Source: Nemertoderma westbladi (lineage: Eukaryota; Animalia; Xenacoelomorpha). From it: DNA of 63,895 nt. The notes under the pieces were generated by a model. That model saw only the letters and a list, made by a program, of their open reading frames with translations, made no database searches and was not told the origin of the DNA. The position numbers and the translations under genes are program-made. The first letter of the stretch is position 1; each line of letters starts with the position of its first letter. Shown here piece after piece: positions 48,186-61,790 of the stretch. The stretch is taken from assembly GCA_032718475.1 (NCBI GenBank), contig JAUCBJ010002602.1:1-63895 (forward strand), written 5' to 3'.

Positions 48186-51100
48186 TGTCGTAAATATAAT
48201 GGGATAAGTGATATATGGTCACGTTATTGTATTACCGGTAGAATATATATAATCTGTATGTGATATCAAGATGTGGTTTTTAACTCGTACCATCATACTG
48301 CTGTACTGTCATATTCTGTAAGTGCTGTTGTTTCAACTGGAAGTGCATAAAAGTAATATTGTGGTTAATATATCAATCAAACTGTAAGCAATTATTGAGT
48401 CCAGCCTTTCTTTGCCAATAAACACAAACTTCCACTATACTATCCACAACATGGTGCCTGGACCCGGATTTACCGTTTAACTGATTTATTAACCGTCCGA
48501 CCGGTAAAAGAGTACCGGCTGACCGGTACCAATCTGCCAGCCACCAGCAGACCAGTAATATACCTACTTACTTACATGCTGACATGCAGTACATTGCTGT
48601 ACTGACGAGTGCGAGTTGGTTTGCAATATTTAACGATGAGTAAACAGAACGGTAGCGATTTATCAAGTTTATGTCGTAGACGTAAGGGTCACCGTGGCAC
48701 GGCCAGACGATTGGCAAACGAACTAAACAATTTGATTGCAGGTGAGCCCAATACAGACGATATTTACGATAAATATACACAGTTACAAAACCAGCAAACC
48801 AAGCTCAACGCTATAGACGAGCAGATTGAATTTCTTATCGAAGACGAAGACGAATTGGCGGATGAAATAGATGGCGTATCCGAATTTAACGGAAGTTTCT
48901 CGAGAGTTTTACGAATTGCGGAACGAATGATGTCACCCTCTCCCCCTACTACTGTCTATAACGATGTATCAACTCCGCAATCGCATCCCCATCCATCCAC
49001 CCACATTCATACGCGTACCGGTTCCAATTACAGTCAAAAACTACCTATTCTCCAGTTACCACACTTTTCAGGTACAATATTGGAATGGCCCAACTTTTGA
49101 GATCGATTTCAAAACGCTGTGGACGACCGCACAGACTTAGCCGGAGCGAGTAAGTTTAGTTACCTGCAAGGCCAGTTAACGGGGGAGGCTCGACAACTGG
49201 TTAGTAATTTTCAACATACGAATGAAGATTATATCGAAGCGATCCGTTTACTCGAAGAAACATACGGTAAACCTGAGTTGATCTTACAAGCCCGAATGTT
49301 TGCAATCTTCGATATCGAAGAACCAAAGGCTACAGCTAAAGATTTATCCGCCTTTCGAGCTAAATACGAAGCACACATTCGAGGAATAAAAAACCTTGGG
49401 GCGGACGTTGACCAATCTGGATATGTTTACGCTGCTTTGTTACTGCGTAAACTTCCTCCCAAGATCAGAAATAACATTAACCGCGCTGCGAGATCAACTA
49501 CATGGAAGCTAGAAGAGTTGCGAATAGCGTTGCAACAGGAGATAGAACAGCTCCGCGCGATAGAAGAAGAACTGTCACTTCCATCTGCGAGTTCAAAGCA
49601 ACGTCTAGAATCCAAACCTAGAAACGAAACGAATTATAGTCGGGACGTAACGACAGCTCATTTTATACCGCCACTCCCAATCCGCGTTACGAGATGAAAT
49701 GTTTTCTTTGCGATGGTCCTCACTCCATAATGAGTTGCGATAAATATACATTACCAGATAGTAAAAATACGAGAGCGAGGGAATTACGTTTATGTATAAA
49801 TTGTATGCGACCGGGTCATCGAGTTACCCAATGCCACAACCGAGAACGATGTCGAATTTGTCGACGACGTCACCATACATCTTTACACTACGATAATCCT
49901 AAATCTCCCTCGACTCCGTCAGAAACAGAAACTCAATCGCCAACACCCATGCCCAAACCACGTTCCGCAGTTCCACACGGAGGATCCACCAAAGCACCGT
50001 CATCATCTACCAACATTTGCACAACTTTGGCCCACCCACATAGCGAAGCAACGATTCTCCCGACAGCGATTGCGTCTATTATTAAAGAAGACAATTCGTT
50101 ACACGAAGTCCGTACATTATTAGATCCTGGATCTCAACGGACTTTTATCCTACGGAGTGTAGCTGATAAGTTATGTCTCCCGATAATTCGCGAAATTTCT
50201 TTATCGATTGATGGCTTTACAAAGCTAGGCGTCCCTCAACGATATGATGTGGTTGAATTCTATATTTCCACGGATACCGGTACAGAGCGCCTAGAAGCCG
50301 CAGTAACCGATTGGTTCCCGGCTCGATTGTCGATGCCGGGTCGTAACGAAGTCATAGAGAAACTCTTATTCCGAGGATTTAAACTCGCAGATCCTGTTCT
50401 AGAACCAAACGCAGTTTTATTTTCATTGTTGATTGGGTCGGACCAATGTTGGAACTTTATCTCAGTTTCTCATACAGAAGAAGGAGTAAACCTCATCCCT
50501 TCGAAGTTTGGCGACCTGGTAGCCGGTCGTATAAATAATGCTCATAGTAGCATTGCATCTACAAACATAGAAACAGAAACTATTACTACTCTATTTATCG
50601 GATCGAGTGACGAGTTTTCTGAGAGCAGTAACGATCTGTTACCGCGTTTATGGGAGTTGGATTCCATTGGAATAAACGTAACAGCCGAAGATGAAATCGA
50701 TAAAGCCATAATTACCGAATTCCAGAATAATATTCGTCTAATTGACGGCAGGTATTCAACGCAGTTACCATGGAAACCCGATCACCCACCTCTACCAATC
50801 AATTATGGGGTAGCAAAGAGTCGATTAGATTCACTAGTGCGCCGTTTAGTGAAAGAACCCCAATTATTAAATCACTATGGTAAAATTATAGCAGAGCAGT
50901 TAGAGCGAGATTTTATTGAACGCGTTGATTCTACCCATGATAATAATTTTTATTATTGTGAATCTAATTCCTCTAGTAATATTCATTATCTAGCACACCA
51001 CGCTGTTATGAACCCGGGGTCGACTACAACGCCTATACGCGTTGTATACGACTGTTCATTTCGATCAAGACCTGGTAAACCAAGTCTTAATGACTGTTTA

Positions 51101-54100
51101 TATTCCGGACCATATTTAGGAGAGGAATTAGGTTCTTTGTTATGTAGTTTCCGTATAAATCGTTGGGTCGCAATTGCCGATATTGAAAAAGCATTTTTGC
51201 AAATTAATCTCGATCCTATTGACCGAGATGTAACAAGATTTCTTTGGTTCAAAGACCCAAACGATATATACAGTGGTTCACAAACATACCGATTTAAAGT
51301 AGTTTTATTTGGTGCAACATCAAGTCAATTTTTGCTGAACGCAACATTACACCACCACCTTCAAAGTTATGATGACTCATCGAAATTAGCCAATTGGGCT
51401 ACCATAATATTACGAAATTTGTACATCGATAACTTACAAGGTGGTGCGAAATCTGAATTAGAATTGATTGAATTTTATGGTGCTAGTTGTAAGATATTAG
51501 CCGCCGGTGGTTTCCCGTTACGTAAATGGGTGACTAACTCACCCAAACTTCAAGATATTATTTCTAATAGCGCTAATGGCCCTAAAATTACTAAAACATG
51601 CTACAATATTTTAGGTATGGAATGGAACGTTGAATTAGATGAACTATGTTTCCCTAATCGTACAATTGTATTATCAGATTGTGATAATATTACTAAACGC
51701 TTTGCAATTAGCGCGTTATCAAGAGTATATGACCCTTGCGGATTTTTAATGCCTGTTGTTATTAGAACTAGGATGTTTGTGCAGTTGCTATGGAAACTAG
51801 GTTGCGATTGGAACGGTATTTTACCGAGTGATATGATTCCAATTCTACACGAAATAATCTCAGATTTAAATTTGTGCATTAAATTTTCAGTACCACGACA
51901 ATTACCTATAAGTACTGCAAGTAATTGTGAATTACATGTATTTTGTGACGCTTCAACCAAAGCCTATGGCGCTGTTGTGTATTTGGTCGATTGTGGAAAG
52001 TCATTTATTATATTTTCTAAAGCCCGAGTAACTCCAATAAATAAAAAACCCTCAATACCACAGTTGGAACTCACTGCTATTACTATAGGTGCCCGAATTG
52101 TAACATTTATTAAAAATTCATACAGTACAGAATTAAAAATTGAAAATCTTCACCTATGGTCAGATAATAAAATAGCTATATGTTGGGTACAGCATGAAAA
52201 ATGTGAAAAACCATACGTTAGAAACCGAGTCAAAGAAATTAAGAAATTGTTACCAACTGTTGAGTTACACTATGTCCCAACCAATGACAACCCAGCCGAC
52301 CTCATTTCACGAGGAGTGTCAGCCAAAGTATTCTTATCCAGTGATTTATGGCGCCATGGTCCACCGTGGTTGCCAATACCAACTACTTGGCCTAATGAAT
52401 CGTGTGTAGTTAATTCAATTCATAACGAATTAACTGACATTAAAGATAACATTACATGCAGTGATATAGAACCCAATGACGTCATTACGTCCTCTGTGAA
52501 CCCTATAAGTATTAATGAACCTGTACCTAACGAAGCCAACCTACTTATATCGAAGTACAACCGATTTCAGCGTCTTATTAATGTTACTGCGTGGGTATTT
52601 AAATTTATTAATTCATTGAAATCCCGGCTTTGTAGTAACCAAAAGGTTAGACAAACCCAGCAACCAAAACTTCGAGATTATAGTCTACACCCACTACTTA
52701 ACGTATATGACATAAAGGTAGCTGAGTCTTGGCTTATACGCAGCATCCAACGTTCAAGTTATCCAGTTGAATACGAATATTTGACTTGTCTTGAGAATTC
52801 TAAGAAAGGGAGAGTCCCACATTTAGTTCGTCAACTAAATTTAAGTATAGTCGATGGCATAATTCGTTGCCGTGGCCGCATTGATAACGCTAACTTACCT
52901 TGGGAAACGAAGCAACCAATATTGTTACCACCCCAACATGCGTTTACATCATTAATAATCATCGACACCCATGAGAGAATGCATGGAGGCATTGCTAACA
53001 CTATTGTTGAGCTACGCCAGCGCTGGTGGATACCTCGTATCCGTCAGCGAGTTTCGACTACAATTCGTAAATGCATTATATGTAATAAAATACAAGGTAA
53101 ACCATACACCGCACCCCCACCACCCCCACTACCGAAAGTTAGAGTGGAATTTTCGAGACCATTTATTGTCTGTGGCGTAGACTACACTGGTAGTTTACTC
53201 ATACAAGTTGATGATATAACAAGAAGTAAAGCCTATATAGCATTGTTTACATGTCCCGCAACTAGAGCCGTCCACCTAGAGATTGTCCTAGACAACACTG
53301 TTGATAGTTTTCTTAATGCTCTACGTAGATTTGTAGCTCGTAGAGGCCGTCCAAAACGTATTATCAGCGATAACGCTACAACTTTCGTAGCCGCCAAAGA
53401 ATTCCTTGAAGAACTAGTCAATAGTGATAAAATTAAGAGATTTTTATTGTATTGGCATATCGATTGGGTCAACATACCAGTTGGCGCCCCTTGGTTTGGA
53501 GGGTTTTATGAAAGATTAATCGGTCTCTCGAAGAACATCTTCAAGAAAGTTATAGGTCGCCGTATTCTAACCTTAGAAGAACTCCAAACTGTCGTTGTAG
53601 AAATAGAAGCTTTCATGAACGACCGCCCCTTGACTTACATTACATCAGATAACCGAGACCCTGAACCCATAACCCCATCCCTTCTCATTTGTGGTTATCG
53701 ATTCACTAGTATGAATGATTCCGTATTAGAATCCATTGATGATATTCGCAATGACCCCGACGCTGAAGAAGACGGCTCGATCCTTGTAAAACGGCAGAAC
53801 GAGTTACAAAGTCTCCTTAGTACAGTTTGGGTGCGATGGCGTAAAGAATACATTACAGCACTTCGTGAATATCATCGATGGAACACTCGTCAAACAGGCA
53901 ACAAAACCCCTTCCGTAGGTGCCGTAGTCCTTATCAAACCTATCAATGACAACATTCCCCGAATGCAGTGGCCAATGGGAATCATTACAGAACTCCATCC
54001 TGGTTTAGATGGTCATGTCCGACACGTATCATTAAAGACGAAAAATGGTTATACAAGACGTGCTATTAAGAAACTGTGCCCTTTAGAATGCACTCGTAAG

Positions 54101-54718
54101 ATCCCTATTGACATTAATAATATAAATACTAACCACATCACACCTATTGATGACACCAACGATAAAAATACAATAGTTATTCGTCCGAGTGCACGCCAAT
54201 CAGCAATGCAAGCGAATCAAAAAATAACAAAATACTTTGAATCGAGTGAGAGTGAAAATGATTGGGAAAATGAAAGTATGTAAATTAGTTTGTTTTATAA
54301 ACCGAAAGTAATAGGAATAATGTTTTATATTAATGTGTACAGTAGTTTATTTACGTTATAACTGTGCGTTAATTTGCGAATAATTAATTTAGCCGCTTTA
54401 TTTTTGTGTGATTTACATTTATTTTGTCTTTCGCCAACTGGCCGGCGGAGCATGTCGTAAATATAATGGGATAAGTGATATATGGTCACGTTATTGTATT
54501 ACCGGTAGAATATATATAATCTGTATGTGATATCAAGATGTGGTTTTTAACTCGTACCATCATACTGCTGTACTGTCATATTCTGTAAGTGCTGTTGTTT
54601 CAACTGGAAGTGCATAAAAGTAATATTGTGGTTAATATATCAATCAAACTGTAAGCAATTATTGAGTCCAGCCTTTCTTTGCCAATAAACACAAACTTCC
54701 ACTATACTATCCACAACA
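48186..54718 (+). mobile_element. Full-length BEL/Pao LTR retrotransposon
   Basis: 266 bp LTRs (48186-48451, 54453-54718) that read identical. TSD GCAGA. PBS TGGTGCCTGGACCCGGAT. Confidence 0.97.
48636..54283 (+). pseudogene. BEL gag-pol with a nonsense codon (49098-49100) and a frameshift (~49660-49695)
   Basis: EWPNF*DRF where W is expected; triple knuckle; LLDPGSQ; ADIEKAF; YIDN; FCDAS; NPADLISRG; integrase GVDYTG, SDNA and GGFYERL. Confidence 0.93.
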
Positions 54719-56654
54719 GCAGATAAGATTTGCCATGTGTGATGGCAGATGCGTATTGACAAACAAATGCGCCACAGTCATATGCGTTGTCTTGTAAAGA
54801 AAATGTGTGATATGTCATCGAGTCTGTGCATTTCCAGGGTGTTAATTCGGTGAGAGCAGGGTCAACTTTTTTATAGTAATGGTCCATAAGATTGAGGAGT
54901 GAGCCCATTCTTCTGGTGACATCATTTGGTTTGGTGTTCCCGAGTGGACACAATTTGTATACAGATCGGTGTTCAGTATCCACGATGTGAATGATATGGT
55001 GGGAGCTTGAGCATTGTGGAATCAGGATATATTTTACAGGCATTAACCTAGTAGGTAGACTTAGCATATAACTTCTTGCGATGTATTTTGCTGCTTCAAC
55101 TCTATTGTAGTTTCGATATGCTAGCTTTTGTGTTAATTTGTCACTCACCCACGCGATGTTGTCCATGTTGCGCTCGAGTATCCAACAGAATGCGTTTATC
55201 ACACCGTTTGTAATTGAATTATTTCCGTTCAGTGATTGTGTGTCTATAGTAGTTGGCTGTGATATTCCATAATAATAGTCCTTCAGTGTCAGACTTGTGT
55301 ATCTTTGCCGCTATTGTGTTTAATTCGTCATTAAGTGTAGAGGTTGATTGTTGCTTAACGTCTTTGCTCACATTGGTTTTGATCTCAACGACTGAGGAGT
55401 TGAGATCATCAGACCAGATTTCACCTACTTCACTGTATATATTCACAGTATATAACTGTATAACTTTTGCTTCGCTACTTGAAGCAGTTGGGTTTTCTTG
55501 GTTATTTCTTTCGGTACTTTTGCACTTTCTTCCTACCCATGTGCCATTCTCCTGTAAGTCATACATTCACACTATCATTCCCACATTCAGTCTATCATCA
55601 CACATTCCTTAATGACTAGACAGGGGGCACGGTCCACTTGAACTGGAGGTTGGAACGCTGGACAATTAGCATTGAGTAGGCCATTGAGTTGACCCGCTGC
55701 GACTACATCTTTGTTGAAGGTGTTTTCGATGTCCGGGTAGACAGTAATGTTCTCCTTGTGGGTACTGGAAGGTCTTTCGCCAAGGAAGGTAATATCGTTG
55801 GGGCAGAAGAGAGGTGCTGTGGCTGATAGGGCTGAGTGGGCGCCTGAAGAAGTTGGAGTTGTGGTGTCCTGTTCGGGTAAGGATGTTGTTTGTGACTGAA
55901 CTGTAGGTGTCTGTGGCAAAGGAGATGTTGTAGATCTCTCAGGGGTGGAATTCGAATTTGAATTGTTAAAGTGCACAAGCTCAGCCGCGATGGATACGCA
56001 GTCATGGGTTACTGGTTGTGACATAGTAATTGGTTGGAATTGGACAGTGGGCGATGATTGAATCTGCGTTACTGGCTTTGTTTGGGAATGTGCTGGTGGA
56101 GTTTGCAATTCCAACGTTGCATGTGCTATCGGCATCTTCTTTTTGCTCTTGACTACTTTATTGGGCTTAGTGAGGGATGGTATTGGGGCAGGTAGGCCTT
56201 TGCTCCTCGTACAGGGTCCTGAGGTAATATTACTAGGTGTGCAAGCTATCTCTGCATGTGTTATATTGTGGCGTGGGGCAGGGTGTACTAGGTGTTCTTC
56301 AGTGTCAGTGAAGCTATGTATGGTCGAATTGGGATTATCTGAGGAGACTTTAAAAGTGGCGTCCAAGGGGGCTGGTGTAATACGGGACGTTTGGGGTGGA
56401 GTGGTGTAGGCTATACTATTACTGGTGCTACTAGAAATGTGTGATGGTTTCAGGGGTGGGCGGGTAGAGGTAACAGTACACGACATTGGTAGGGATGGGC
56501 CCATGCATGTGCATGCCGCACTATACACAGTACAGTTACTGCTACAAATACAGGTATTTGTTGAAAAAGATACACAAGTTTTACTATTGATTGGAACAGA
56601 TGTAACAAAATTATGATTGAATCGATCCAACCATTCAAGTCCGGATTGCCCCTC

Positions 56655-57702
56655 AGTCGTCGTCCCATGGGAACCCGCCGAGGAAGCGGTGACCGTCCCC
56701 CCGGGGGAACCTGCCGAGGAAGCGGCAGCCGTCGTCCCGAGTGAACCCGCTGAGGAAGCGGTGGTCGTCGTCCCGGGTAAACCCACCGAGGAAGCGGTGG
56801 TCGTCGTCCCAGGTAAACCTGCCGAGGAAGCAGTGGTCGTTGTCCTGGGTAAACCCGCCGAAGAAGCAGTGGTCATCGTCCCGGGTGAACCCACCGAGGA
56901 AGCAGTGGTCGTCATGCTGGGTAGACCCGCCGAGGAAGCACTGGTCGTCGTCCTGGGTAAACCCGCCGAAGAAGCATTGGTCAACGTCCCGGGTGAAGCC
57001 GCCGAGGAAGCAGTGGTCGTCATCCTGGATAGACCCACCGAGGAAGCAGTAGTCATCGTCCCGGGTGAACCTGCCGAGGAAGCGGTGGTCGTCATCCCGG
57101 GTGAACCCGCCGAGGAAGCAGTTGTTGTCGTCCCGGGTAAACCCACCGAGGAAGCGGTGGTCGTCATCCCGGGTGAACCCGCCGAGGAAGCGTTGGCCGT
57201 CGTCCCGGCAGAACCTGCCAAGGAAACAGTGATGGTCGTCGTCGCAGGTGAACCCGCCGAGGAAGCGGTGGTCGTCCCCCGGGGGAACCCGCCGAGGAAG
57301 CGATGGTCGTCGTCCCGGGGGAACCCGCCGACGAAGCGGTGAACATCGTCCCGGGTAAAACCGCCGAGGAAGCATTGGTCATCATCCCGGTTGAACCCGC
57401 CGAGGAAACAGTGGTCATCGTCCCGGGTGAACCCGCCGAGGAAGCAGTGGTCGTCGTCCCAGGTGAACCCGCCGAGGAAACGGTGATGGTCGTCATCACG
57501 GGTGAACCCACCGAGGAAGCAGTGGTCGTCGTCCTAGGTAGACCCGCCGAAGAAGCAGTGGTCATCGTCCCGGGTGAACCCGCCGAGGAAGCAGTGGTCG
57601 TCGTCCCAGGTGAACCCGCCAAGGAAGCGGTGGTCGTCGTCCTGGATGAACCCACTGAGGAGGCGGTGGTCGTTGTCCTGGGTGAACCCACCGAGGAAGC
57701 TG
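56655..57702 (-). repeat. 33 bp coding-type tandem repeat (~31 copies; TTTASSAGSPG)
   Basis: GAACCCGCCGAGGAAGCAGTGGTCGTCGTCCCG-like units with two 39 bp variants and one frameshifting deletion near 57280. Confidence 0.92.
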
Positions 57703-57859
57703 TGATCGATTGAGATGAATTGTACTCGACTGTCGAATTTCGACCCCGCTTCTGTAGGCGAGGTTGAGTCTCACCCTAGACGGGTCGGGGCAGCCGGCTT
57801 CGCAGCTTTGTTGGTGTGCGTATCATAGTGCTGTTCCCGTATCGTATCACTGTGCATAG

Positions 57860-60341
57860 TGTAGTGCTGATCACGTGCTAATATCAGGTAAGTTAAAAAT
57901 AAACACCACATTAAAATCATCACCTAACATCAAAGGACCCAGGGACTCAATGCACCGCAGCATACGCCGGTTCAACGGGGACACATGCAGTGAAGAACAA
58001 TTGGAAAATTACAAGATTTCGACCCGTACTGGTCTCAACAGCCTTGATGGGATTATTGAAGGCAACTCAAAAAGCTGGACCAAAGAGGACCTTGAGTGGT
58101 ATGGATACTCACTGCAGAATATATTCTACGAAGCTGCCTGTGTATATATCCCTCAGGTTAGCATTAGGAAACGAACGCGCAACTATAGGATAAGGAATAA
58201 TCGACTCAACGAGAAATCCAAAATTACCAAAACTCTGTATGGCATTTGGTGTGAGCGTGGAAAAGGTCAGTCGGATTCATTCCACCAGATGTTCAAGGAC
58301 TCCAAACGTGCAGTGAGACGCCTCAGAAACTGGTTAACAAAGCATAAATTATCCCAACACATTCACAAGGTAGTTGATAATCAAACAGCCAGGCGACGAA
58401 ACCTTTGGAGCCATTATAATGGAAAACAAACCTCAGACACACCAGAATCTATGCGAACTCCTCTCACAACTCATTTACGTGAACAATTTCAAAGAGACTC
58501 AAAACAATCTGGTGAATGGGAAACGTTAATGGACGACATCGACATAAAATGCAAGGAAACGGAACGCCCTGTAATTTCGGAGAAAACAATAGAAAATGTT
58601 GTCCTACTATTAGGCAAGGGCAAAGCACCAGACAACCGAACACTCACCATTGAACACTTGCTCTATACAGACAAAGAAGCAGTTTGTAAACACCTATCCA
58701 GATTGTTCAACGAATCAATCCACCTCGGTGTCCTACCATCCTTTTTTGGAGAAACAGTTATCAAGTGTCTCTACAAAGGTAAAGGCAAAGACACTTTAAA
58801 TCCTTCATCCTACCGCCCTATTGCATCTATCAGTCTATTCGCAAAAATTCTTGAAGGTGTAATACTGAAGGATTACTTAGCTGACTTACAGCCTGACGGA
58901 ATGCAATTTGCCTACCAAAAGCTCATAGGGTCTGATGTCATAATTAGTGCCATACTGGAATATATTGAATTCTATCGCAGCAGGGGGTCCGGGATCTATG
59001 TTTGCCAAATGGACATTGCATCAGCATTTACTCAGTCAACCATTACCTCTTGTTCAAGAAACTATCAGGTCATATGAATCCCCATATATGTCGACTTCTG
59101 GCTGTATACTATAATTTGAGCACAGTATTCATAAACATCAACGGCTCAGTAGGTGAATGGATTCGCAATGCACAATGGCTTGAAACAAGGATCAATCATA
59201 TCACCAATTTTATTTAACTTCTACACGAATGGTGTTCTCTCACAACTACACGATGGTGGTCCAGACAGTATAGGTTGCCGAATTTTTCATTTGATTATAA
59301 GCGCGCTATCTTATGCTGATGACATACTGCTGCTGGGAACCTCTGACAACGAAATCAAACAGATGACCACTCTCATACAATCCAAACTGACTAATCTAAA
59401 CCTTGTCTTGGAAACAACCAAAGTGAATTGGATATTCAAAGAACCATACCATAATAAAAAGAATCAGAGCCCACCACTCATGATTTCCATTAATGACCAT
59501 CTTCATGCAGCATCACCGTTCCTAACATTTCTTGGGGTCACAATCTATGGAAGTCCGGGACATAACATAACAGGGGCCTCAGACATCATACAATCGATCG
59601 CCACTCTCGCAGACTCTTTCCACAGAAACGGGTGGACGACCAAACACTATCCTGTACAGACGGTGGCATTGTTATGGCAGACTGTTGCCCTATCGTCCTT
59701 GTTATACCGACTCAAGTTTCGCATTGGGGAGCTATCCAAAAAGGACACTGAAACTGTGGAATTGTATTACAGGATACAATTACGGGGGATCCTGCACTTA
59801 GGATGCTATGTATCCAATGAGACCCTTTATCATCTGTTTGGAACTGGAACACTGTCGCTAGAGGGTTACAATTCATGTTTGGATACGTTGCTTCGTGCGC
59901 TAAAATGCCCCAACATGAATGTCCAAGAATCCCTCCGGATTACATTGCAATCTAACCATCGTTCTGAGTATCAAGGACTGGGGGTGGGGAGCATGAACAG
60001 AAAATCGGTCATAAGTCACGGACTACCCTGCATTACATCACTCTGCAATTACGAGTACCATACTAAAAATGTATTCCAACGTTTATCCCCACTAACCGCA
60101 TCACCACAACACGCTGAAGAAGCTCGATTTATACAACAGATTTATAAATTATCAGGGATCACTTTCAGTGCTAAGCACAAACATATTACTGAATTCTTCA
60201 ACATTTAGCAATTTCAATTTTCGTGTTTTTATTAGTCTGAACTAACAGTTTTTACTAAGCATTTTACTATATATATTTAATAGTATGTGTATTTTGATGT
60301 GTCATTGTTACTATATGTGAATTAAACTAAATCAATCAATC
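57860..60341 (+). mobile_element. LINE ORF2 from the APE C-terminus to the 3' tail (RTE-X-like, divergent), frameshifted
   Basis: SADHV APE end, YRPI, DIASAF, LKQGSIISP and YADD motifs; ends ATTAAACTA(AATC)3. Confidence 0.85.
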
Positions 60342-60756
60342 GAGTAGAGTGTTCTCATGTCCACTCTGAGTGCACTTCACTGCGACCTGCACCTGGAAGC
60401 AGGGGTAAAGGGCATGACCCAGCAGATGAGCTGCACAGCCAATAATGGTGGGTCATGTGCACCAGAGTAGATATGGGTGATGGGCCTCATATCTGATTCC
60501 ACTGCGACACCCACCCTGTGGAATGGCAAACCAGGGTGTGGTATTTGCCCGAGAGCAGAACCAGACAGAGACAGAATAACTGTAGGGTTACTGCTAACAA
60601 CCACGGTGGTAACATTATATTTTTTTATCTATTTATATCATGTGGCAAGACCCTCCACCGCCCTACTAACTCTCCACTCCCCAGACACCCCGAGTAATAA
60701 TGCACACGTCACACGTTCCTCGCCACGTACTACAGTACACCGTAGTACAACATGGC

Positions 60757-61310
60757 TAGGCATCAGGTACTACCCTAGTATTAACCACCTAGGCATCATG
60801 TACTATCGTAGTATTAACCACCTAGGCATCAGGTACTATCATAGTATTAACCGCTAAGGCATCAGGTACTATCATAGCATTCACCGAATAGGCAACTGGT
60901 ACTACCGTAGTATTAACAAGCTAGGCCTCAGGTACTACTGTATTATTAACCACCTAGGCGTCAGGTCCTATCATAGTATTAACCGCCTAGCCACCAGGCA
61001 CTACCGTAGTATTAACCACCTAGGCATCATGTACTATCATAGTATTAACCGCCTAGACATCAGGTACTATCATAGTACAGTATTAACTGCCTAGGCATCA
61101 GGTACTACCATAAAATTAATTGCCTAGGCAACTGGTACTACCGTAGGCCTAGTATTAACCACCTCGGAAACTTGGTACTACCGTAGTATTAACCACCTCG
61201 GCAACTTGGTACTACCGTAGTATTAACCGCCTAGGCAACTGGTACTACCGTAGTATTAACCGCCTAGGCAACTGGTACTACCGTAGTATTAACCACCTAG
61301 GCAACTAACT
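60757..61310. repeat. 33 bp non-coding minisatellite (~17 copies)
   Basis: Unit CTAGGCATCAGGTACTATCATAGTATTAACCAC and variants. Confidence 0.92.
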
Positions 61311-61790
61311 AGCGGCAACATTCTAGCTGTACTTCATAATTACTTCCCTTCGTCCCGTCAAAAATTTAACTATCTGCAACCTGTGTTATTGACTCTCGTT
61401 TATTGTTTTAGTTAGAATAAAGTGTCACTGTAACCTGCTCTTTTTCCTGAATTTATAATTTAGCATTCTAATTTATACCTAATTGGACCTTCGTATACTA
61501 CGGTAGAATCAGTTACCTTGGCACATACTGTAGTACTACAACGGTATTACCTGATGCCGGGTAGTACATACCTGGTGCCTCCTACACTGGTGTCTTTCTT
61601 GGTCTTATTGTTGGCTAAGCCTGCTCAGCTAACAGCCAATATTTGGCAACTTTAGAGACTTACAGTATCACAATCACCATATCAGATTCCCCATGAGGCT
61701 ATAGGCTATGTATTTTCTGGAGATGTCTACATTTTTGTCAAAATTACGTCATCGCTCTTCTAGTTGGTGCTTGGTGATTGGTGTTAATAC

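Larger units (their letters stand above)
46935..57860 (-). pseudogene. Decayed large ORF (putative LINE ORF1): Ser/Thr repeats, Ulp1/SENP (C48)-like protease, coiled coil, NRYEAL motif; split by a BEL insertion
   Basis: VINAF...ILIP...SHH...QDNAYDCGAFVCQYA at 54725-55205. Continues left of the BEL TSD (RRWILNIL) after a 1 nt frameshift. NISLHNRYEALS near 46950-46980. Confidence 0.6.

Noticed and set aside
56617-57713. Plus-strand EPAEEAVVVV repeat protein
   Set aside because: Confined to the repeat; the minus frame continues ~1 kb into unique sequence, so the plus ORFs are shadows.
60757-61310. CRISPR-like 33 bp repeats
   Set aside because: Head-to-tail units with no unique spacers, no cas genes, eukaryotic context.
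61600-61790. Fourth crystallin exon
   Set aside because: No phase-compatible segment with a Greek-key motif was found.
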